A DNA stretch of 64,000 nt from Oscillatoria sp. FACHB-1406 (GTDB lineage: Bacteria > Cyanobacteriota > Cyanobacteriia > Cyanobacteriales > Spirulinaceae), in contig NZ_JACJSM010000001.1 in NCBI RefSeq assembly GCF_014698145.1, forward strand, positions 24,633 through 88,632. Direction: 5' to 3'. The position numbers and the translations under genes are program-made. This document shows, one piece after another, positions 57,657 to 64,000 of the stretch (positions within the stretch are counted from its first letter, which is position 1; each line of letters begins with the position of its first letter). The notes under the pieces were generated by a model, which did no database searches, was not told the origin of the DNA, and saw only the letters and a program-made list of their open reading frames with translations.

Positions 57657-60600
57657 CTATCCATCCACAATCGTCTGCGCGTCGGGATTCCAGTCATCCT
57701 CAACCGCAACGGTAGGTGCTTCGGCAATAGAGTTGCCAATTTTGGCAACCAGCGCATCCTCAGCCAGGGTGGCTGCGTCCGGATCGATTTTGCTCGGTCT
57801 GGCGTGCTGAACGTTTTCAGATTCTACCTTTTCCCAGGGCTGAGTTTCCCACTCGCTGGGCAGTACAGGTTCTCCTTCCGCCACTTGGATGTGTAGCGTT
57901 GAGTCCATCTCCAAAAAGTTCGCTGCGCCGGAATCGAGTAAGTCGCCATTGCGAAAGTTGTTCGCCAGAGATTGGCTGTACTCTTGAAAAGCGTCCCAGG
58001 AAAAAAATGCTCCTTGCTGGCGGGCGAGTTGGCGCTGTTCTTCTTCGAGTTTGGCACCAAACAAGCAAGCATTAGCAAGGTTAGCGCGATCGAGGTTTGC
58101 ACCTAACAGATTCACCTGGGAAAGATTCGCTCCTTCTAAATTGGCTCGCGCCAGATTGCAATTGTGGAGATCCGCTCCGGCTAAACTCGCCCAGGAGAGA
58201 TTCGCTCCCGAGAGGTTGGCTGAGACGAGATTCGCTCGATAGAGTTCGGCGATCGATAGATTGGCCCCCGCGAAGTTACTTTGGGGGAGCATAATCCGAT
58301 GCAAGCGAGCGCCGACTAATTGAAGTTGGCTCAAACCTTGGCGCGCCCGCTCGAAAAAGCAGGTGGGAGAGAGAACAGCAGAACGCGCGATCGCGCTGGC
58401 AAAGCGATCGGCATCAAATCCTTGGGGCTGGTTGGGGTTGCCGCAAGGCCAAAACGGTACGCTAGTGGCGCGGGACAGAGAACACAGCAGCAGAAAAACG
58501 TTCAAACCAACAGCGGCATCGATCTGCAAGACATTGAGTGAATTTCCGAGCGCTTGCAAGCGGCCATAGGCTTCATGGGCAATGCCTTCATCAACCCAGC
58601 GTCCCTGACAGTGGGAGCGATAAAAGCGTTCGAGGCGATCGCACAAACCGATTAGCGAAAACTCCTTACTGCGCTTTTCCTCACGGCACAGCGATTCGAC
58701 CAAAAGTTCTTCGAGTTCCATCGATAAGAGTCCGTAACCGAGTAGTTCGTAAAGATGGCGAGCGACATCCAAGGCTGAGGCAACCTCAAACGCGACTTCG
58801 CCGTAGCGATCGCGCTTTGACCGAACTAAGGCTTGTAAATTACGCGCGATCGCACCTGCGGCTAGAGATGTCCCCAAACTGAGGTGAGAGAAAGTAATCC
58901 GGCTGGGTCCTTGCGGAACCAGAAAACGATGATCCCAAATGCCACTGCTCGAGTAACTGCGCTCCGCGCTCCAAATTCCATCTCGATATTCTGCCGACGG
59001 CGGAGTCGATCGCGAAAAAAACATTGGGGGTAGGGGTAAACCCAGCGATGGCAAAGTCGTCAGTTTCGCCTTATCCTCCGTTCCGTCCGAGTCAATTTTC
59101 CAGGCTCCAGTGTGCCAGAGGGTGAGAGCAAACTGCTGAATCGATTCGCGTGCTTCTCGTAACGGTCTGCCAGCCAAAAGTGACGCGATCGCGTCCGCCC
59201 CGCGATTGGCATGAGCCATACCCTCCCGTACTCCTTCCGGCAGAAATTTCCGCCCGCGCGACTCTCCCAGCAACCAGCGGGTAAGCCGTTCGTAGACTTC
59301 AAACTTAAATTGCGGCAGCGACATCTCAAACAGTTCCCCATCGAGCAAACCATCGCGGTGCAAGATTCCCAATAAATAAAGCATTAAGGGCTGATGGACT
59401 AGCCGCGCCAACTGGGAATTGGGAAAGCGTTTGCCGAACAAACCGAGCGATCGCAAAAAAGTAAAATAACGATGGGAAATTTGCTTCGATTGCAACTTCG
59501 ACCACTGAACGAACCATTGCTGTAAAGCGCCTCGATCCATCGGTTGAATCGAAAGGCGTTGGAGTTGGGCTTGTAGGGGAAAAAAGCTTCCGACCCGATA
59601 GCGGCGACTCAACCCCTCAAAAAAATTCGGGCTGCCGGTCAACAAAATCTTATGTTTGAGAGGGGGCTGACTGCTGAGGCATTGAGCGTGAAACTGCATC
59701 ACTTGGTCCACTAAAGTATGGTGGTGGCGCAATTTGTACGGCGAGGGGGGCAGTTCGTCCAGTCCATCTAAAATTAACAATAAAGGCGGCGACTGAGGAG
59801 ATAGCCACCCATCTGCTTCTGAAAAGCGTCCTTGAGGCAGCAAGCTTTCCAGAGTTTGTTCCAAGGTTTCGCCCAGTTCTACCTCGCCCAAACGAATCAC
59901 AATCGGCATCCACTCCGGATAGCGCTCGCGGGCGATTCGACTGGCGAAGATTTGACAAAAACTCGATTTGCCACCGCCGGACTCCGCTTCAATCGCGGCG
60001 AGACTCTGAGTGTCTTGTAGTTGCGCGATCGCCCATTCATATAAATCAATGCGGTTTTCCTCAGATGCCTCGCCCTCCCAGGAGAGGGCAGCATCTACCA
60101 ATACGGGAACACCTTTGAGAGGAACGTATAAATCTTGCAAAGAGAAGGTTGCGCCGAACATCGGTTCGCTTAACATTCTCATCAATTGCGCGCGGTAGCG
60201 TTCGCGTTCGAGGTCGATTGTCCAATCCGGTAGCTCGCTCTCGGGATCTCCATCGCCAACGAGCGGTATGCCCAGACCTACAAACTTCTGCAATTGGGCA
60301 AGCGGGATGGCATTTTCCGCAATTACCGCCAGTAAATGCCCGGGTAGTCCGTCCGTTAAGCGTTGGGCGATTAGTTGCGCTTCCGTTTCCTCTGCTCCAT
60401 TCGTCACTAGCCACCCGATCGTCAACTTATTCATTTGCTGCACTAACAGCGAATCTCCCACCTCTACTAGCGCTTGTTCGGCTTGACTATCGCTGAGGCG
60501 GCCGGGACGCAGCGTTTGTAACAATCCTTGTAAATAAGGATCGCTAAAAGGGCGGGCAGTCTCCTCGCCGACGGGAACATTAGCGCGATGAATCCACGGT

Positions 60601-61001
60601 CGTCGCAGGCGCGCCTCTTGCTCTAAAATCTCCTGCAACGCATTGAGGTAGGCGATTTGAAAGGTCAACCACGTTCCTTCCGAGCGTTTGAGCGTTTTTT
60701 TGCGGCTGGCGAGGCGCAGCAAACTGACGGTTAGTTGGGCGATGGGCTTGGCGACTCGAACGCTCGCTCGCAAAGGTAATTCCAAAACATCCGCGACCGA
60801 ACAAATATCGAAAGGGGTGAGGCTTTTGAGTTCCATTTCTTGGAGCGCGCGAAATGCTACCCCCGAAACTTCCACACCCGGACTCAAAAGATTGTCGAGG
60901 TCGATTTGGCGATCTACCAGCCATTGCCGAATATTGAAGCTCATTTCATTATTTTTGAGGAAAACTTGGTCGCTAAAGCCGAACTTGTCCTCCGAAGACA
61001 C
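57657..61001 (-). CDS. STAND (NACHT-type) P-loop NTPase with an unknown roughly 320-aa N-terminal domain and C-terminal pentapeptide repeats.
   Basis: Walker A AESGGGKSSF preceded by a DLYVPLKG-type segment; Walker B-like LLILDGLDELP; C-terminal ANLxxANLSGANLS pentapeptide run; acidic tail. Confidence 0.8.
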   Translation of the reverse strand: MSSEDKFGFSDQVFLKNNEMSFNIRQWLVDRQIDLDNLLSPGVEVSGVAFRALQEMELKSLTPFDICSVADVLELPLRASVRVAKPIAQLTVSLLRLASRKKTLKRSEGTWLTFQIAYLNALQEILEQEARLRRPWIHRANVPVGEETARPFSDPYLQGLLQTLRPGRLSDSQAEQALVEVGDSLLVQQMNKLTIGWLVTNGAEETEAQLIAQRLTDGLPGHLLAVIAENAIPLAQLQKFVGLGIPLVGDGDPESELPDWTIDLERERYRAQLMRMLSEPMFGATFSLQDLYVPLKGVPVLVDAALSWEGEASEENRIDLYEWAIAQLQDTQSLAAIEAESGGGKSSFCQIFASRIARERYPEWMPIVIRLGEVELGETLEQTLESLLPQGRFSEADGWLSPQSPPLLLILDGLDELPPSPYKLRHHHTLVDQVMQFHAQCLSSQPPLKHKILLTGSPNFFEGLSRRYRVGSFFPLQAQLQRLSIQPMDRGALQQWFVQWSKLQSKQISHRYFTFLRSLGLFGKRFPNSQLARLVHQPLMLYLLGILHRDGLLDGELFEMSLPQFKFEVYERLTRWLLGESRGRKFLPEGVREGMAHANRGADAIASLLAGRPLREARESIQQFALTLWHTGAWKIDSDGTEDKAKLTTLPSLGLPLPPMFFSRSTPPSAEYRDGIWSAERSYSSSGIWDHRFLVPQGPSRITFSHLSLGTSLAAGAIARNLQALVRSKRDRYGEVAFEVASALDVARHLYELLGYGLLSMELEELLVESLCREEKRSKEFSLIGLCDRLERFYRSHCQGRWVDEGIAHEAYGRLQALGNSLNVLQIDAAVGLNVFLLLCSLSRATSVPFWPCGNPNQPQGFDADRFASAIARSAVLSPTCFFERARQGLSQLQLVGARLHRIMLPQSNFAGANLSIAELYRANLVSANLSGANLSWASLAGADLHNCNLARANLEGANLSQVNLLGANLDRANLANACLFGAKLEEEQRQLARQQGAFFSWDAFQEYSQSLANNFRNGDLLDSGAANFLEMDSTLHIQVAEGEPVLPSEWETQPWEKVESENVQHARPSKIDPDAATLAEDALVAKIGNSIAEAPTVAVEDDWNPDAQTIVDG

Positions 61002-61125
61002 CTATCGGATCGAGCGGTTCGACCTGTAAAAGCCGATCGCTTCCTAAAAACATTGACTTGGAGAGACATATAGAGAAAAATAATCGAATTAAATCTCTTA
61101 AGAGAATCTACAGCAATCTGGATTT

Positions 61126-62301
61126 GTGGTTAAGTTCTCCTCCTTCACCCGGCAGTTTATTGCTCTTCGCTCCCTGTTTGGGCGCGCTAGTCTACTTCAG
61201 TTAACCCCGCGAAAGGGGAACCAGCGAACGATCCGGCTGGTTCGCACTTTGCACGACCGTTCCCACTTCGAGCGGAATTCGGCATCGCCCCAAAGAAATA
61301 CGAGCAGTCGTTGGCAGTTGCTCCATCTGTGGTCGATCGCAGCACTCCTGCTCATTGGAACGACCGGACTGGGTACAAAATGGCTATTTCGCCATTGGTC
61401 GGCGAGTAGTTGTCAGACCATTCTGCCGATGACTTCCGATAGCGAACGCCTTTACTGCATCCAAGTTGCTGCTGAATCGGGTGACTTAGAGGCTTTGCTC
61501 GGAGCCATAGACCTGGTAGGAAGTTGGGACAAAAGTCATCCCTTGTATGTGGAAGGTCAGACCCTCCTGCGCGATTGGTCGAGTATGCTTTTCAATCTAG
61601 CACAACACCAACTCAATACTGGGCGTTTGGAAGCTGCTCTCGATTTGACGGACAAGATTCCGGTGAAAAGTCCCTTGTATCCGGAAGCTCGTCTGGCGAT
61701 CGCGGCTTGGCAGCAGGAGTGGCAGCGGGGCGAACAAACGGTCGCTCAGTTTGAAACGGCGCTGCAACATCGGGAGTGGAAAGCGGCGATGAAGCAAATT
61801 GAGGGTTTTTCGACGTTTAAGATTGACTATTGGCGCAAGCAACGAGCGATCGAATTGTTAACGCGCTTGGGCAAGGAAAAGGAAGCGACAACAACGTTGC
61901 AAATGGCTCGGGATTTGGCCCAAACGCCGAACTCTGAATCTTTGGCAGAGGCGATTGCGCTGGCGAAAAAAGTCGATTCCAGTACCTATGTCGGTCGAGA
62001 AGCAAAAAGCGCCCAAACGCTGTGGAGTCGAACGTTATTGCAGATGACCGCCGAACGCCTCCAGCAGGAAGATTATGCAGGTGCGATCGCGACGGCGAAG
62101 GCGATTCCCCAAGGCGATGCCCTCTACCAAGAAGCCCAAGATTGGATTGCGCTCAGTCGCGCTTCGGAATCGGCGCAAAAAAATGATGTTAAAGCTATCC
62201 TCTTAGCCCTAGAAACCGTCCGTAAAATCGACCCTCACAGTCCCCTGTTCGCCCAAGCTCAAACTCGCGTCCAGGTTTGGCAGGCAAAAATTCAAGGATA
62301 A
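61126..62301 (+). CDS. Membrane-anchored hypothetical protein with TPR-like helical repeats.
   Basis: One TM helix (LLHLWSIAALLLIGTTGLG) then repeated LY.EA..W-type helical hairpins. Divergently oriented to the NACHT gene. N-terminal start uncertain. Confidence 0.45.
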   Translation: MVKFSSFTRQFIALRSLFGRASLLQLTPRKGNQRTIRLVRTLHDRSHFERNSASPQRNTSSRWQLLHLWSIAALLLIGTTGLGTKWLFRHWSASSCQTILPMTSDSERLYCIQVAAESGDLEALLGAIDLVGSWDKSHPLYVEGQTLLRDWSSMLFNLAQHQLNTGRLEAALDLTDKIPVKSPLYPEARLAIAAWQQEWQRGEQTVAQFETALQHREWKAAMKQIEGFSTFKIDYWRKQRAIELLTRLGKEKEATTTLQMARDLAQTPNSESLAEAIALAKKVDSSTYVGREAKSAQTLWSRTLLQMTAERLQQEDYAGAIATAKAIPQGDALYQEAQDWIALSRASESAQKNDVKAILLALETVRKIDPHSPLFAQAQTRVQVWQAKIQG

Positions 62302-62317
62302 TTCGTAGTTGGTAATT

Positions 62318-62470
62318 TACGTCTGATGTGCATTATCGAAAAGCCTTGATTTCCCTCACCCCCAGCCCCTCTCCCGATCCCCCCTAACCCCCCTTACTAA
62401 AGGGGGAAAATGCGAGGGGGGAAAGAACAGTAAGATCGATCTTTCTGGCTTCTAATTCACATTAGGCGTA
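62318..62470. repeat. Copy B of the same element, in inverted orientation and with an extra roughly 30-bp internal hairpin.
   Basis: Reverse complement aligns to 21244-21375 across both flanks and core. Extra cccccctttagtaagggggg hairpin. Confidence 0.85.
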
Positions 62471-62533
62471 ATTTGTAATTGGCAGTAACAATTAACTGTT
62501 GTGCGATCTATAGGGTTTCCTCGGAGATTAAAA

Positions 62534-64000
62534 ATGACTCAAACCATAGACTTATTATTGGTCAACGAGGAACCCTTATTCCAACAGGGATTAAGCGCTG
62601 CCTTGCGCGATTGCCCCGATCTGCGTGTTGTCAGCCAAGCGATCGCGAATTCCCCTCTCGAAGCTCTTCCCGGAGTCAGTCCCCGCGTTGCCGCAATTGA
62701 AGGGAGTTTATCGTCAATCTTGCAACAAGGGGAAGCGATCGCGCGCCTTTACCCAGAAGCTCGCAGACTCGCCCTCTGCGCGCCTCCCAACGCCCAACAA
62801 CTCCACCAACTGCGCTCTGAGGGGTTCGCCGGTTACTGCCCGAAAAGCAGCACGATTGAGGAAATTGTTGCAGCAATCCGACAAATTGCTGCCGATCGCG
62901 ATTATTGGTCGCCTGCTATCGCTGTGGGAATGCCCGTTGTCTCCGGATGGCCCGCCAATCGCTTTCAATCGTGGCTGTATGCGTCCTGTCAAACCGGACT
63001 CGATCGCATTGATACTGAATTGGAGGAGATCGCAAAAAAGCTCGCTGACGAGCATTTAGGAACGGTGGGTTGGCTGTTTTGGACGGGGCGACAGCGAGAA
63101 TTACGCGCCGCCCGCGTTGCGATCGCGCAATTCTCCCCCGGTTGGACGATTATCGTTCCCGAATTCTCCTCCCGTTCCGGCGGCGAAACGTCAGGAGCGC
63201 TAGAAGCCGTTCGGATTGGGGAGATCGTTACTCCCGATCTTCCGTCCCCGACCGCCGCTTCTCTGTTCGATCGCGCTTCGACTCAAATTAAAATAGGAAT
63301 GGAAAATCGCAGCGGTCAAACTTTAGAAATCGAGATTCTTCAGCCGGAAAAGCAACGAGAATTGCTTTATTTAGTGCTGCATCGGACGCAGGATATTATC
63401 GAGAAGTGGCGATTTTTAGAGATTGCTCCCGAACAGTTACCCGAGCGCCGGGTTCAGTTCTTTCAACAAGTTTGGCAAAGTTGCGTCCTTGAATTTATCG
63501 GTCAGTATCGCACCGCCGCGATCGTTCCTGCACTCCCGGCCATCGCGCTGCAAGATTCCTTGGAAATTGAGAGCGTAACGCTTCAGAAACTCCCTTTATC
63601 TCTTGACTTATTGACTTATTTGTTATACAGAGCGCCTTTAATTATCGATCGCGTTCCTTACAGTAGCGAAACCCCCGAAGCGATCGTGCGAGCCAACCTC
63701 CTGCTCGATAACGCCATTATCGCGATCGCGAATAGCGTCGTGCAATTCCTCCTTAATAATTTTCCTGAAGAAAGCACGCTTATTTATAACCTTTACCAAC
63801 GCCGTTACTGGTCGTCCCGAGAAATCGCCCGTTTTCGTAACGATTTATCCTGGCAATACCGTCAAAACTACTATATCGAAGACCCCAAAGCTATCTTTGA
63901 AAGCCGTTATCGCCTGCTCGGTTTCGAGCATAATGCGATTAGAACTTTCAATGTTTTTGCATCACGCCGCGAGGAACTTGAAAACTTACAAGGATTGCGC
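62534..64000 (+). CDS. Receiver-like N-terminal domain + DUF3685-type protein, 3'-truncated by window edge.
   Basis: ATG at 62534; frame open to the window end. LLLVNEEPLFQQGLSAAL receiver-like start; remainder resembles cyanobacterial DUF3685 proteins. Confidence 0.55.
   Translation, partial: MTQTIDLLLVNEEPLFQQGLSAALRDCPDLRVVSQAIANSPLEALPGVSPRVAAIEGSLSSILQQGEAIARLYPEARRLALCAPPNAQQLHQLRSEGFAGYCPKSSTIEEIVAAIRQIAADRDYWSPAIAVGMPVVSGWPANRFQSWLYASCQTGLDRIDTELEEIAKKLADEHLGTVGWLFWTGRQRELRAARVAIAQFSPGWTIIVPEFSSRSGGETSGALEAVRIGEIVTPDLPSPTAASLFDRASTQIKIGMENRSGQTLEIEILQPEKQRELLYLVLHRTQDIIEKWRFLEIAPEQLPERRVQFFQQVWQSCVLEFIGQYRTAAIVPALPAIALQDSLEIESVTLQKLPLSLDLLTYLLYRAPLIIDRVPYSSETPEAIVRANLLLDNAIIAIANSVVQFLLNNFPEESTLIYNLYQRRYWSSREIARFRNDLSWQYRQNYYIEDPKAIFESRYRLLGFEHNAIRTFNVFASRREELENLQGLR

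Overview
This 64 kb window looks like a chromosomal segment from a filamentous cyanobacterium. The evidence is dozens of GCGATCGC (HIP1) octamers, heptamer tandem (STRR-like) arrays, and many multi-domain PAS/GAF/GGDEF signalling proteins including a roughly 2200-aa hybrid kinase. Gene content falls into four groups.

- Signal transduction: a PAS-GAF histidine kinase, a small ORF and a CheY-like regulator whose stop and start codons overlap, followed by an RR-PAS-GAF-GGDEF protein; separately a giant hybrid kinase next to an RR-GGDEF-EAL protein.
- Glycan and envelope genes: three family-4 glycosyltransferases, an SGNH hydrolase and a SAM methyltransferase, plus lpxD, a nucleotidyltransferase/phosphomannomutase fusion and a GT39 (PMT-like) enzyme.
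- Housekeeping: ylqF/rbgA, hemC, tRNA-Cys, cobK, hom, an EgtB-like sulfoxide synthase, a YyaL thioredoxin-fold protein and a divergent stand-alone EF-Tu paralog.
- Two STAND/NLR-like NTPases.

The most interesting locus is a two-gene cassette at 13285-16961. A small helical, membrane-anchor-like protein ends in a roughly 25-aa G/S/T/Q/N-rich motif that recurs at the extreme N-terminus of the adjacent P-loop NTPase, which continues into a TM helix and a 10-blade WD40 domain. That layout matches the Bell/BASS amyloid-signalling-motif + NLR cell-fate/defence architecture, and the pairing can be read directly from the translations.

Second is a tandem triplet of tRNA-like units at 23612-24118 (minus strand). 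The best copy folds into a clean tRNA-Gly(UCC)-like cloverleaf, and each unit carries a conserved roughly 80-nt 3' module.

The window is also rich in repeats:
- a palindromic 72-bp duplication inserted in-frame into the kinase ATPase domain;
- a MITE-like element with perfect 14-bp terminal inverted repeats;
- a pair of roughly 90 percent identical 150-bp elements in inverted orientation 41 kb apart;
- heptamer arrays in intergenic DNA and inside cobK;
- a TTATCCATTGTCAATTATCC-type repeat family at three loci.

No transposase, integrase or CRISPR array was seen.
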